The position numbers and the translations under genes are program-made. The notes beneath the pieces were generated by a model that was not told where the DNA came from, ran no database searches, and saw only the letters and a program-made list of their open reading frames with translations. Below, piece by piece: positions 51,887-60,894 of a DNA stretch of 64,000 nucleotides. Origin of the DNA: a phage; sequence record PZ445536.1; one strand, given 5' to 3'. Numbering within the stretch: position 1 is the stretch's first letter; each line of letters begins with the position of its first letter.

Positions 51887-52039
51887 GTGATTTCCTCTTG
51901 CCTACTAATGGGCCGTCAGGAATTTTGTTTTCCTGGATATATTTCTCATTTTCTTCCATCATTTTACTGCCAATTTTAAGAAGCAAATCCAATGCTTCAT
52001 TTGCTTTAGCCTTGGCCTCTTCTAGCGTCATATCTCTGT

Positions 52040-52243
52040 TCACGATTTATCCCCATAGATGTCTCTCATCAATTTAAGCGCTGAGCGTTCTAATTTCTTT
52101 TCTTTCTCAGCACTAATCATTGATTTCATCCATTCTTCTGATTCGTTCTGCATTTCTTTATTTGCTTGTTCAACCCAACCATCATCAATGTACATTGAGT
52201 TTGGTCTACTGAACCATTCAAGCATTTTCTTCAGAACTTTCAT
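52040..52243 (-). CDS. hypothetical protein (67 aa)
   Basis: ORF in modB-soc interval. Confidence 0.5.
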   Translation of the reverse strand: MKVLKKMLEWFSRPNSMYIDDGWVEQANKEMQNESEEWMKSMISAEKEKKLERSALKLMRDIYGDKS

Positions 52244-52715
52244 TTGTTTTACCTAAAACAACAGTAGGAGCATCATCAAATTCATGAATTTTTAGCAAAT
52301 TTGGATGTAAACTATTCCATACAGAAGAAATAAAGTATGATAAAGCATCTTCACTCACAATTATAAATTTATTTCCTTTATCTATTTTCCAGCTATATAC
52401 TGAATCATACGAATAGAAAGATAAAGGTTTATCATTATATTGTTCTGCGCTAACATTGATGTATTCGGATTTAGTAAATGCTTCAATTGCTCTAAACGGA
52501 ATATTTGGTACAGTTTCAATAATTCCGATCTTTTTAAGTTTTATTTCAGCATCTTCTGGAACTGGCATTGAAACAAAATTTTCTACGAGATACATTGGGT
52601 CACAATAACCCTTATCAATCATTACTGCTACGGTAATTGGAACGTCTTTAGCAAACGACATACTATTACTGCTAATATACATTTCAAACAAAATCGCTTC
52701 CATAATTTTCCTCAA
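52218..52715 (-). CDS. hypothetical protein (165 aa)
   Basis: ORF in modB-soc interval. Confidence 0.6.
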   Translation of the reverse strand: MRKIMEAILFEMYISSNSMSFAKDVPITVAVMIDKGYCDPMYLVENFVSMPVPEDAEIKLKKIGIIETVPNIPFRAIEAFTKSEYINVSAEQYNDKPLSFYSYDSVYSWKIDKGNKFIIVSEDALSYFISSVWNSLHPNLLKIHEFDDAPTVVLGKTNESSEENA

Positions 52716-53053
52716 TCACAAGATGTAGATGAACAACTAGAATCACAAGAATTTCCACATGAATCGCCCGTCCATACATGAACAGGAACATTAGTGTCAT
52801 ATGAATCAGAACTAGACTGTGTATTCTGCGTATTAGATGATGTAGTAGGTGTTGACCAGCGCCAAGGATTTTTATAATATTCTTGGGCTTCTTCATAAGT
52901 CATAGTAACTGCTTCTACTGTTCCATCTCCCATATAAACATATTCAACTACAGTTAAAGGAAGGTAGTCATTTGAAATAGGAACTACACCTTCTCCAGGA
53001 GTCGTAGAGAAAAAATCTGTAAAGAAACTTTTAAACCAATTAAAGATAAACAT
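52712..53053 (-). CDS. hypothetical protein with Cys/Ser-rich C-terminal tail (113 aa)
   Basis: C-terminus [19 protein letters not shown]. Confidence 0.55.
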   Translation of the reverse strand: MFIFNWFKSFFTDFFSTTPGEGVVPISNDYLPLTVVEYVYMGDGTVEAVTMTYEEAQEYYKNPWRWSTPTTSSNTQNTQSSSDSYDTNVPVHVWTGDSCGNSCDSSCSSTSCD

Positions 53054-53259
53054 TACAAAAAGCCTCTCTTAAATTCGACTTGCTTCTCGCCATAATCATA
53101 TCGAATCTCTGCATTAAATTCGACAGAACCATCTGCGTACATCATAAATGAATGCACAACAACTTCTGTAGACCATGGCTGTAGTTCATATTTCTTCATT
53201 ACATGTCGTGAAATGATAATATCTAAATCTTCATTTGGTTTAATCCAGCGATTTAACAT
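53053..53259 (-). CDS. hypothetical protein (68 aa)
   Basis: ORF downstream of promoter 53286-53315. Confidence 0.5.
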   Translation of the reverse strand: MLNRWIKPNEDLDIIISRHVMKKYELQPWSTEVVVHSFMMYADGSVEFNAEIRYDYGEKQVEFKRGFL

Positions 53260-53285
53260 AGTGCTCTCCTCTATAAGATAATTCT

Positions 53286-53315
53286 ATTATACCATACTCA
53301 TTTTGGAAAGTAAAC
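53286..53315 (-). promoter_or_regulatory. T4-type early promoter (GTTTAC, 18 bp, TATAAT)
   Basis: rc gtaaac 53310-53315; rc attata 53286-53291. Confidence 0.45.
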
Positions 53316-53323
53316 CATTTAAA

Positions 53324-53349
53324 TGAAAAAAGGACTCCCGAAGGAGTCC
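53324..53349 (-). terminator. Rho-independent terminator after soc (identical to element at 886-909)
   Basis: GGACUCC-UUCG-GGAGUCC then UUUUUUCAUUU on - strand. Confidence 0.7.
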
Positions 53350-53355
53350 TTGAAT

Positions 53356-53601
53356 TTATTCACCAGTTACTTTCCACAAATCTTCATTTGCAGCAATCCA
53401 TTCAGTACGTTGATTTTCTTCATATACTGTAGAATATGCTGCTTTTTCTGAAGGGAATGTCTGATAATGAGCACCAGAAATTTTGTGAACGTCAGAATAA
53501 AGAGGGAAAGCTACAGAAATTTCCTTTCCTTCAATTTTCTTATTTCCATCTAATTTCTGCTCAAATGTTTTGATATTAACATAACCGCGAGTACTAGCCA
53601 T
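53356..53601 (-). CDS. soc: Soc small outer capsid protein
   Basis: 81-codon ORF MASTRGYVNIKTFEQKLDG...; matches recalled T4 Soc; late promoter upstream. Confidence 0.85.
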   Translation of the reverse strand: MASTRGYVNIKTFEQKLDGNKKIEGKEISVAFPLYSDVHKISGAHYQTFPSEKAAYSTVYEENQRTEWIAANEDLWKVTGE

Positions 53602-53618
53602 GTAATTCTCCTTTTATT

Positions 53619-53828
53619 TTAAATTACATGATTATTTATAATAAATTCTCGCGGAACGTTAAAATACCCAATTTTAGTTAATATAACAATATCGCCGTTA
53701 ATAATTACCGGAGAATAATCGGCTAGAGCATTAAATTTCCAATGGGCTCTAATATTATATCCATCAGAACCAAATGCTCGACTAGCCGGTCTCCCGGCTT
53801 TTTGCCATGCATAAAAATCAAATTTCAT
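53619..53828 (-). CDS. hypothetical protein (69 aa)
   Basis: ORF between soc and 56. Confidence 0.5.
   Translation of the reverse strand: MKFDFYAWQKAGRPASRAFGSDGYNIRAHWKFNALADYSPVIINGDIVILTKIGYFNVPREFIINNHVI
53633..53640 (-). promoter_or_regulatory. late promoter TATAAATA for soc
   Basis: rc of tatttata about 30 nt upstream of the soc ATG. Confidence 0.6.
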
Positions 53829-54028
53829 TTTGAATGCTCTATAATTAATTTTAAGGCTTCTTCACGCACCAACTTGTCTAATGGTATATGCCCAGTTTTA
53901 ATTGTGTAAGCTTTGTGGAGCTGATTAGATAAGAGCTCGTATGTGAGCTCTTTGTCATAATCTTTAAATAGCTGGTCAATACGTTTCTTGCAGGCTTTCT
54001 TAAGCTGGCGTTTATTTAAACGAGCCAT
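53825..54028 (-). CDS. hypothetical basic protein (67 aa)
   Basis: ORF between soc and 56. Confidence 0.5.
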   Translation of the reverse strand: MARLNKRQLKKACKKRIDQLFKDYDKELTYELLSNQLHKAYTIKTGHIPLDKLVREEALKLIIEHSK

Positions 54029-54546
54029 TAATAGCCTCTGTCTTGACGAGCGAAGTTTTCAGCATTTTTCAGATAATAAAGTTTAAATATTTCTTCAGCT
54101 GACATTCCAAGAGCAATAAATTTATTCATGAAAAAGTGAAATTGATCAATCAGTTCAAATTTAATTTCAAGTTGATCTTCAGGAGATAAATCTTGAATTT
54201 TCTTGGATTGCATTTCAGAATAACGTTTCTTCCAAGGTTTCCATACAGCAGAAGCTTCTTTTTCACCATTACTCATACCACCAAGAGAAGTATATAGTTC
54301 GCGAGTTTCATCTGCGATATAATCGTCTTGGTTTCGCAACCAAGCAAGAACTTCTCCTGCGGTTTCAAGTGAATCAGGATGACGATTTGTTTCTGGTTTA
54401 TCATTAGCCAAACGAATCTGTAAATGCCGCTGCATATCAAGCATAACCTGCAGTGGGTCAATATTGTGCATAATATTCTCAGCATATGCACGATTTGCTT
54501 TATCAACACCTTCGATCAAATGAGCACATTCATTAAAGTAAGCCAT
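54028..54546 (-). CDS. 56: gp56 dCTPase/dUTPase (MazG-like NTP pyrophosphatase)
   Basis: About 172 aa from MAYFNECAHLIEG; C-terminus ...FKLYYLKNAENFARQDRGY as recalled for T4 gp56; AAAGGAAAAATAATG RBS. Confidence 0.8.
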   Translation of the reverse strand: MAYFNECAHLIEGVDKANRAYAENIMHNIDPLQVMLDMQRHLQIRLANDKPETNRHPDSLETAGEVLAWLRNQDDYIADETRELYTSLGGMSNGEKEASAVWKPWKKRYSEMQSKKIQDLSPEDQLEIKFELIDQFHFFMNKFIALGMSAEEIFKLYYLKNAENFARQDRGY

Positions 54547-54580
54547 TATTTTTCCTTTCAATTCATGGGTTAGTAGATTA

Positions 54581-54604
54581 ATTATACAATAAATATATAA
54601 AGCA
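54581..54604 (-). promoter_or_regulatory. putative MotA-dependent middle promoter for gene 56 (TGCTTTA-11-TATAAT)
   Basis: rc taaagca 54598-54604; rc attata 54581-54586. Confidence 0.45.
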
Positions 54605-54617
54605 ATAAGGAGGACAT

Positions 54618-54818
54618 ATGGTACAAAAATTAATGGCACTTGTTAATGCCATAAAAGGTAATAAAAAACGTATAGCTTTTACTATTTCTGCTATGGTAGG
54701 AATTTTACTCTGGAACTTTATTCTATCACCTGTTGCAATTGCGCATGGTATTAATATTCCAGTAGTTACTCTTGATACATTTGTAGATTTAGCATTTGCT
54801 TTAGTTGGGTTGATTTAA
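54618..54818 (+). CDS. small hydrophobic protein on + strand (66 aa), uncertain
   Basis: ORF with strong AAGGAGG SD 5 nt upstream; two predicted TM segments; lies opposite to all neighbouring genes. Confidence 0.35.
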   Translation: MVQKLMALVNAIKGNKKRIAFTISAMVGILLWNFILSPVAIAHGINIPVVTLDTFVDLAFALVGLI

Positions 54819-55843
54819 ATCTTAGCATATTTAGATAGCCGCATTTTAGCCATCAACCCCTGGGCAATATTATTTTTCATATATTCCATAATTTGTTCAG
54901 GGGTTGCACCTTCCTTTCTAATCATATCATTGACATCTTTTGATTTCCAGGGAGATTTATCCCAAAACATAACCCTTTCTCCTGCATCAACTAATTTAGT
55001 CATTCGTTTGATAGTGTCAGGGTGACGAGGTTCATTATCTAAAACCCACACTCGTCTATCTTTAAATGGAACAACTTCTAGGTCTAATTGACCACCTGTA
55101 ATAGCTATACCATTTTCAATAAAAAGTGAATCTATAGGTCCTTCTAGGACATATACATCACCATCTTTAACTCGTTCAACACCGTAAATTTTTGTTGCCT
55201 CAGGATAAGCTTTAATGGTGATATATTTTTGAGGAGCATCTTTCTTTAATGCACGTCCTTGAAAAGACTCAGCTTTTCCATTAGCATTATAAATTGGAAT
55301 AACAAGACGAGGCTCAGAAATTTCCTTTTTGTATGTTCCCGGTGCTATGCTATTAACTAATTTAGGCCATTCGGTTGTAAACCAAAGATATTTCCATTTA
55401 TCCTTTGGAATACAACGAGCTTTTACATATTTTATAATTGGATGGTCTTCCGCCAGTTTATCTAATCTAACACATGACGGAAGAGATTTAATTATTTTCT
55501 TCTCAGGTTGCTTAGGAAGTTCTTTAGGTTTTTCTACTGGACGACTTTTACCTTTTTCTTTTCTTATTTCAAAGATATACTCACGATATAAATCAGGTTC
55601 AAACTCCTTTAAATATATTCCGATTGGTGCATGATAATTACAGTTATAACAATGAATATTTCCTTCATTATTATCACCATAATACCATCCACGAGCTTTA
55701 TTCTGGTCGGTTTTTGAATCTCCACAAACAGGACATCTAAACCGCAATTTAAAAGTTGAACTATTATTTACTTGTGTGAATTTAGGTAAATGAGCCAATG
55801 CACGATACGCAAACTCATTATCAATCCAAGGTATTGATGACAT
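54815..55843 (-). CDS. 61: gp61 DNA primase
   Basis: 342 aa (T4 gp61 length); N-terminal zinc ribbon CPVC...CYNC and Toprim domain. Confidence 0.9.
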   Translation of the reverse strand: MSSIPWIDNEFAYRALAHLPKFTQVNNSSTFKLRFRCPVCGDSKTDQNKARGWYYGDNNEGNIHCYNCNYHAPIGIYLKEFEPDLYREYIFEIRKEKGKSRPVEKPKELPKQPEKKIIKSLPSCVRLDKLAEDHPIIKYVKARCIPKDKWKYLWFTTEWPKLVNSIAPGTYKKEISEPRLVIPIYNANGKAESFQGRALKKDAPQKYITIKAYPEATKIYGVERVKDGDVYVLEGPIDSLFIENGIAITGGQLDLEVVPFKDRRVWVLDNEPRHPDTIKRMTKLVDAGERVMFWDKSPWKSKDVNDMIRKEGATPEQIMEYMKNNIAQGLMAKMRLSKYAKI

Positions 55844-55845
55844 TT

Positions 55846-56010
55846 TTACTCTTCTTTTTCTTTAGATTCCTCTTTTTTCTTTTTAGGAATCTGTTCAGGA
55901 CCTTTATTTACTACAGCGCCTGATGTTGTTCCAGTAGAGATATTTTCAGGACTACCACCTGAATCTCCAGCGACCATATCTTCTTTGATAAATTCTTTAT
56001 ATGTTTTCAT
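55846..56010 (-). CDS. small hypothetical protein (54 aa, K/E-rich C-terminus)
   Basis: Hand-translated ORF MKTYKEFIKEDMVAGDSGG...; below ORF-track cutoff. Confidence 0.4.
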   Translation of the reverse strand: MKTYKEFIKEDMVAGDSGGSPENISTGTTSGAVVNKGPEQIPKKKKEESKEKEE

Positions 56011-56059
56011 ATTAACCTCTATTCATAAAAGCATTAAAAATTTGGTCATCAATAGATGG
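56008..56059 (-). repeat. 52-nt duplicated gene-end cassette (copy 1)
   Basis: About 90 percent identical to 56366-56417; spans stop codon and last ~12 codons. Confidence 0.7.
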
Positions 56060-56368
56060 CGCAGTAATATTTTCTGCATCATTTAGCAAATCATTAATTT
56101 CATCAGATAGCATAACACATGTACCTTTATTTCCCGTAATTGTTACTGCGCAATTACGAACGTTTTCTTTATTAAATTTTAAGTTAATATTTTCGTAATG
56201 AAAATCCTTTAATGCTGAATATATTTTTAAAATAAAACTGTCTTTTACTACAATAAACCCAACCTCACTATTAAAACGTGGTTCATGGAAACTGTAATAA
56301 ACCTTTTCATCTATAAAATCGTATGAAATTTTTTCCATTTTTAAATATGAAAATTCAGAACTATACAT
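56012..56368 (-). CDS. hypothetical protein, 61-41 interval paralog 1 (118 aa)
   Basis: C-terminus SIDDQIFNAFMNRG shared with next ORF; GFIVVKD core. Confidence 0.6.
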   Translation of the reverse strand: MYSSEFSYLKMEKISYDFIDEKVYYSFHEPRFNSEVGFIVVKDSFILKIYSALKDFHYENINLKFNKENVRNCAVTITGNKGTCVMLSDEINDLLNDAENITAPSIDDQIFNAFMNRG

Positions 56369-56417
56369 ATTAACCTTTATTCATAAAAGCATTAAAAATT
56401 TGATCGTCAATAGAAAC
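56366..56417 (-). repeat. 52-nt duplicated gene-end cassette (copy 2)
   Basis: See 56008-56059. Confidence 0.7.
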
Positions 56418-56786
56418 TTTTACTTTAGGCTGTTCTTCAAACGGTAATTCATATCCACATATTACAATTTTGTGATCGATACCAAAATACACAGAAGCAA
56501 TATGATTAATGATGTTTTCAGTAAAGTCTAAATTAACATCAATATCTTTTTGACCACAGCCCAAAGGATAAATAATGCGAGTAATTCGATTATCTTTAAC
56601 AAATATTCCACCGACATACTCTGTGCTGCGTTTAAAGTTTACACGTTTCCTAAATGAAAAATATTCAGGTTCTTTATGGGCTCGACTCATAGGGCTTAAA
56701 GTGTATTCCGAATATGAAATATCAAATCCTACACCTTCAATATGAGCCAAAGTGTCATGATTAAACCAATTATAATCGTATGCCAA
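56370..56786 (-). CDS. hypothetical protein, paralog 2 (138 aa)
   Basis: GGIFVKDNRITRIIYP core and SIDDQIFNAFMNKG C-terminus. Confidence 0.6.
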   Translation of the reverse strand: MAYDYNWFNHDTLAHIEGVGFDISYSEYTLSPMSRAHKEPEYFSFRKRVNFKRSTEYVGGIFVKDNRITRIIYPLGCGQKDIDVNLDFTENIINHIASVYFGIDHKIVICGYELPFEEQPKVKVSIDDQIFNAFMNKG

Positions 56787-57004
56787 ATATCCATTAAATT
56801 GTAATATGTGAAAGGCACCGGATTAACATCATATGTTGTACCTTTAAAATCTGCCCAGGCAACGATTTCGTTATCTTTAACAATTACAAAAATTGTGCCA
56901 ATAAGATATCCACGGTTATTTTCATCAGGCGTTATATTATAACATTGTGCATCAGGAAATTTACCGTATTTAAACGGTGGATTTTTGTGCATATAATAAA
57001 TCAT
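56729..57004 (-). CDS. hypothetical protein, truncated paralog 3 (91 aa)
   Basis: GTIFVIVKDNEIVA core similar to paralogs 1-2 but lacks the shared C-terminus; overlaps next ORF by 58 nt. Confidence 0.45.
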   Translation of the reverse strand: MIYYMHKNPPFKYGKFPDAQCYNITPDENNRGYLIGTIFVIVKDNEIVAWADFKGTTYDVNPVPFTYYNLMDIWHTIIIGLIMTLWLILKV

Positions 57005-57005
57005 A

Positions 57006-57299
57006 TTATTCGCCTGTGATTTCGGTTACGATATTTTTGTTATTAAAGTTTTTATCGCAATACAGAACATAATTATACTGCATTACACCACCAGACTTAA
57101 GTTGTTTTTGCACTTCAGCTTTCATTTCAGGACGATCGCGCTCAACGATATTCATAATATCCGCTTCAATTTGAGTTTCAACTTCAGTCTGATCTGCAGT
57201 CATAGACCATTCACACAAATCTTTATCATATCCTGCCATAGCAGGCTGAGCAGCACAAGAAGCCAAAGTAAAAATTGTAGCAAAAATAAATTTTTTCAT
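57006..57299 (-). CDS. putative lipoprotein (97 aa)
   Basis: Signal peptide with lipobox LASC. Confidence 0.6.
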   Translation of the reverse strand: MKKFIFATIFTLASCAAQPAMAGYDKDLCEWSMTADQTEVETQIEADIMNIVERDRPEMKAEVQKQLKSGGVMQYNYVLYCDKNFNNKNIVTEITGE

Positions 57300-57359
57300 G
57301 ATAATCTCCTCAGTAGTTTATGTTTATATAGTATCTCAATTTCCAACAAAAGTAAACAG

Positions 57360-57617
57360 CTATTTTAAAACTTCTGCGTAATCACATGTTACAAACTGTT
57401 TCTCTAGCTTAACGATTTTACGAAAATACCTTTTATACTGACGAATCTGCCTCTTCGTAGGACGTACAGCAAACTTAATAAATTCCACTCGACCAAATGG
57501 AGGACTTTCTTCTGCTGGAATATCTAACACCAATTCCCACGTATCTGCAATAAGTGCTTTGAATTGAGTATTTTTCCTGACGTTATACGGAGTAGGTTTA
57601 AATAAAACAATATGCAT
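57360..57617 (-). CDS. hypothetical protein (about 85 aa)
   Basis: ORF 57360..57671; internal start chosen to avoid overlap with dmd. Confidence 0.5.
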   Translation of the reverse strand: MHIVLFKPTPYNVRKNTQFKALIADTWELVLDIPAEESPPFGRVEFIKFAVRPTKRQIRQYKRYFRKIVKLEKQFVTCDYAEVLK

Positions 57618-57618
57618 A

Positions 57619-57801
57619 TTATCCTCGGCAATCCACTTCGCACACTTTCTTGTCATCAATGAAAGCTTCAACTAATGCTTTATTAACTTCAGCATATTGA
57701 GTAGTAGCCCATTGAACGTCATCTTTCATCATTGTGATTTCTTTAGTAAACATGCTTTCATTCTTAAACCACCCCATAAAAACTACCTTTACCAATTCCA
57801 T
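57619..57801 (-). CDS. dmd: Dmd (antitoxin against host RnlA/LsoA mRNA endoribonucleases)
   Basis: 60-aa ORF at T4 61.5/dmd position adjacent to gene 41; identity by size and synteny and partial recall. Confidence 0.65.
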   Translation of the reverse strand: MELVKVVFMGWFKNESMFTKEITMMKDDVQWATTQYAEVNKALVEAFIDDKKVCEVDCRG

Positions 57802-57830
57802 AACAATCTCCTCATTTAACCAACAAGACT

Positions 57831-57860
57831 ACTATACCATAGTCTTGTCAGCTTGTAAAC
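57831..57860 (-). promoter_or_regulatory. T4-type early promoter (GTTTAC, 18 bp, TATAGT) with 8-bp inverted repeat around the -10
   Basis: rc gtaaac 57855-57860; rc actata 57831-57836; IR caagacta/tagtcttg at 57824-57831 and 57840-57847. Confidence 0.5.
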
Positions 57861-59287
57861 TAAAATTTTAATTCATTTGCCAAAGCATCTAACTGAGCTC
57901 GAGCTGATTCGTTTCTTTGATAGCGATTCTGTTCAGCCTGAATCTGTTGTGAACCTGCTACTTCACTCACTTCAGTTGGAGTAGAATCTTGTTCAATTTC
58001 TACCCATTTCTGATTTCCCTTTTGAACACCCATTAAAAACTTATTCCACTTATTCTTATCGCCATATCGTGATTTGATTTGCTTAATGAGTTGTTGTTCA
58101 GCAGCTGCTAGCTCCTCGGTTTCAATGACCGCAAGCATAAAATCAGCTGTTGCTGGAAGACCAGCAGATTCTGCAATATCGCTCATGTTAACATCGGAAG
58201 AGTCCCAAGCTTGTTTACCGACCTGTGCTGCAGTCCAAAGAACAGTTTCGGTTTCAACAGCCAGAGCACGCAATTCCTCTGCAATAGCTTTAACAGTTGT
58301 GTAACTATTTTCTGAATAAACTCTGATGCGGCAAGATTTACAAATACCTAGATAGTCGACAATAATGATTGTTGGAACAAAATTCTTCTTGAGCTTCAAT
58401 TCATTCAAGAGAGACCTGAATGTGTTAGCGTCTGCTCCACCAGTAGGATACTGTTTAACGATTAAACGACCAAGGGTAGATTTCTCACGCCATTTTTCCA
58501 TTTTTCCTTTATATTCAGCGTAAGAAATATGCCCATCATCAATGTCATCAAGAGAAACATCAAGCATGTTAGCGTCAATACGCTTAGCACAGACTTCTTC
58601 TGCCATTTCCATGGAAATGTAAAGAACATTATGTCCGAGCTGCAAATAATCTGCTGCCAATGAACACAATCCTAATGACTTACCAACGTTAACGCCAGCC
58701 ATTAAAACGTTCAGTGTTCCAGTCTCAGCTCCGCCTTTAGTAATTTTGTTCAGAATTCTGAGTTTAAATGGAACCTTACGAGCTTTATTCATATAAGATA
58801 GCCAACGTGCTTCGTAGTCATCCATCCAATCATGACCAACGTAACTATCAAATGAAATTGATAATGCTTGACGCATGATGTCAGGAATAGCACCAACATC
58901 CGGCATTTTCTTATTTCGTTTTTCCGGAGGAAGTTCAGCATTAGTTTGAATTTCGATTATTTTAGACGTAGCATTAAACATCGCCCTTTGCTGAACATAT
59001 TTTTCTGTTTCTTTTATTAACCAACTGTGGTCTTCCGGAGAATCAGCCAGTTTTGAAATAAGTGTTTTTACACCAGAATATTCTGTTTCAGTAAATGAAC
59101 TATTTTCTAATGCAACATTTAACGCATTAATAGATGGAACGCTATGATACTCATTGACATGAGATTTAATTAATTTGAATGTATTTTTAGCTGGACCACT
59201 TTCAAAATATTCTGAATCCATATATGGCCAAACTTTTGAAAAATAAGCTTGATCAAATATGAGATGAGAAAGAATAATTTCTACCAC
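57860..59287 (-). CDS. 41: gp41 replicative DNA helicase (DnaB-like)
   Basis: 475 aa (T4 gp41 length); Walker A GAGVNVGKS. Confidence 0.93.
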   Translation of the reverse strand: MVEIILSHLIFDQAYFSKVWPYMDSEYFESGPAKNTFKLIKSHVNEYHSVPSINALNVALENSSFTETEYSGVKTLISKLADSPEDHSWLIKETEKYVQQRAMFNATSKIIEIQTNAELPPEKRNKKMPDVGAIPDIMRQALSISFDSYVGHDWMDDYEARWLSYMNKARKVPFKLRILNKITKGGAETGTLNVLMAGVNVGKSLGLCSLAADYLQLGHNVLYISMEMAEEVCAKRIDANMLDVSLDDIDDGHISYAEYKGKMEKWREKSTLGRLIVKQYPTGGADANTFRSLLNELKLKKNFVPTIIIVDYLGICKSCRIRVYSENSYTTVKAIAEELRALAVETETVLWTAAQVGKQAWDSSDVNMSDIAESAGLPATADFMLAVIETEELAAAEQQLIKQIKSRYGDKNKWNKFLMGVQKGNQKWVEIEQDSTPTEVSEVAGSQQIQAEQNRYQRNESARAQLDALANELKF

Positions 59288-59296
59288 ACTTACTCC

Positions 59297-59659
59297 TTAA
59301 AAGAATTTAAATTTTTTCTTTGACCTTTTATTAAATGCATCTTGCAGTTGCATTGTAATACATTTTTCTACATGAGGAGCTAACTCAGCTTTTCTTTCTT
59401 GGTCAAGAACAGCAAAGTCCATTACAACCTTTCCATCAACCCAATCCAGTTTAGTTACATACACTATATGCGTAGAACCATCTTCTAGTTTAATGACAAT
59501 CTCCTGGATAACATTTTCCATAGCAGATTTAATTATCTTAAGAGACTCATTAAAAAGACGTTCTTTTCTTTCTTCTTCCCCCTCCGAAGAGGGGGATTCA
59601 TCGATAATTTCTAGATCTAAATCTAAATCATCTTTATTCATTAAATTCTTCCATATCAC
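59297..59659 (-). CDS. 40: gp40 head vertex assembly chaperone (probable)
   Basis: About 115-120 aa ORF between 41 and uvsX as in T4; start uncertain. Confidence 0.6.
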   Translation of the reverse strand: MIWKNLMNKDDLDLDLEIIDESPSSEGEEERKERLFNESLKIIKSAMENVIQEIVIKLEDGSTHIVYVTKLDWVDGKVVMDFAVLDQERKAELAPHVEKCITMQLQDAFNKRSKKKFKFF

Positions 59660-60815
59660 TTAACTGTTCGAGGTCAGTTTCTAAATCAGCAGCTGATTTA
59701 CTTTTACTTTCTGGAGATTTAAATTTTTCAACCTTTGAGTTAATCAATTCATCAACTTCAGCTTCAACAATTTCATTACTATCAATAGCACCTAATTGAT
59801 AAGCACGTTTAATAGCATCTCTGAATGGTTGATGCTTAAATAAAGGACCCCAGAATGTAGTGCAGTTGGTATCTTTTGCACGCCAAGATTTTTCTTCGCG
59901 AATCATCTCGCCGGTTTCTTCGTCAAGAAATTCACGAGCATACCAGCCATTTTTAGGTTTTACCACGAATCCTAATTCTAGAGCCATATCTAACAATCCA
60001 GAATAAGGATCGATACCACCGTCAAATTTAACATCAATAAAGAATTTACTTTTTTCTTTAACGGTACGAGATTTTTCTACATTTAGAACAAATTGATACC
60101 CCTGAAGATCAGAACCATCTTTAATCTGACGCTTACCGATAATGAATACAGTATCAGCCGAATACATTACGCCTGTACCACCTGTCATCACGGTTTTACT
60201 AAACATTTCAATTGTTTCAATTGTATGGTTAACCGCAACACATGGAATATTTTTAATGCTAAAATAAGGAGTAACAATACGGAATAATGACTTCAGTGAT
60301 TTAGCACGAGTCATATCTGCCACAGATTTTTCATTCAAGGCATCTTCCGTTTCTTTCTTAGAAGCCATATTACCGATTGAGTCGATGAATACAATAACCT
60401 TTTCACCACGCTCAATAGCTTCAAGCTGGTTCACCATATCAATTTTCAGTTGTTCAACTGACTGAATCGGCGTATGAATTACTCGTTCCGGGTCAACTCC
60501 CATGGATCGCAAATAAGCTGGAGTAATACCAAATTCGCTATCATAGAATAGACAAACCGCGTCAGGATATTTGTTCAAATATGCCGCAACCATAGTCAAA
60601 GACATATTTGATTTAAAGTGTTTAGAAGGCCCTGCGAAAATAGTTAAACCAGACTGCATACCGCCATCAATCGCACCAGAAATAGCAATATTAAGCATTG
60701 GAATTTTTGTACGAATTACATCCTTTTCATTAAAGAATTTAGATGTAGTCAGTTCAGCAGTCATTTTAGAAGTGGAAGCTTTAATCAAACGGGATTTTAA
60801 ATCTGCAATAGACAT
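59634..60815 (-). CDS. uvsX: UvsX recombinase (RecA-like)
   Basis: 393 aa; Walker A GPSKHFKS; T4 UvsX. Confidence 0.93.
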   Translation of the reverse strand: MSIADLKSRLIKASTSKMTAELTTSKFFNEKDVIRTKIPMLNIAISGAIDGGMQSGLTIFAGPSKHFKSNMSLTMVAAYLNKYPDAVCLFYDSEFGITPAYLRSMGVDPERVIHTPIQSVEQLKIDMVNQLEAIERGEKVIVFIDSIGNMASKKETEDALNEKSVADMTRAKSLKSLFRIVTPYFSIKNIPCVAVNHTIETIEMFSKTVMTGGTGVMYSADTVFIIGKRQIKDGSDLQGYQFVLNVEKSRTVKEKSKFFIDVKFDGGIDPYSGLLDMALELGFVVKPKNGWYAREFLDEETGEMIREEKSWRAKDTNCTTFWGPLFKHQPFRDAIKRAYQLGAIDSNEIVEAEVDELINSKVEKFKSPESKSKSAADLETDLEQLSDMEEFNE

Positions 60816-60868
60816 TCATTTTTTCCATAGGCATCATTATATTTTCCTCACTGGTTAAAGATAGAGTA

Positions 60869-60894
60869 ATTATAACACAATAAATTTAGGCATT
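60869..60894 (-). promoter_or_regulatory. putative MotA-dependent middle promoter for uvsX (TGCCTAA-11-TATAAT)
   Basis: rc ttaggcatt 60886-60894; rc attata 60869-60874. Confidence 0.4.

Noticed and set aside
52684-52896. 70-aa minus-strand ORF overlapping ORF 52712..53053 in another frame; also 4896..5111, 8997..9194, 10278..10646, 15915..16124, 54273..54509, 61189..61392, 63710..63895
   Set aside because: Alternative-frame ORFs nested within better-supported genes on the same strand
56729-56786. Possible third frameshift joining ORF 56729..57004 to ORF 56370..56786
   Set aside because: The downstream ORF already has its own start and a complete copy of the paralog core, so a simple gene overlap or decaying paralog explains it; kept only as a low-confidence note
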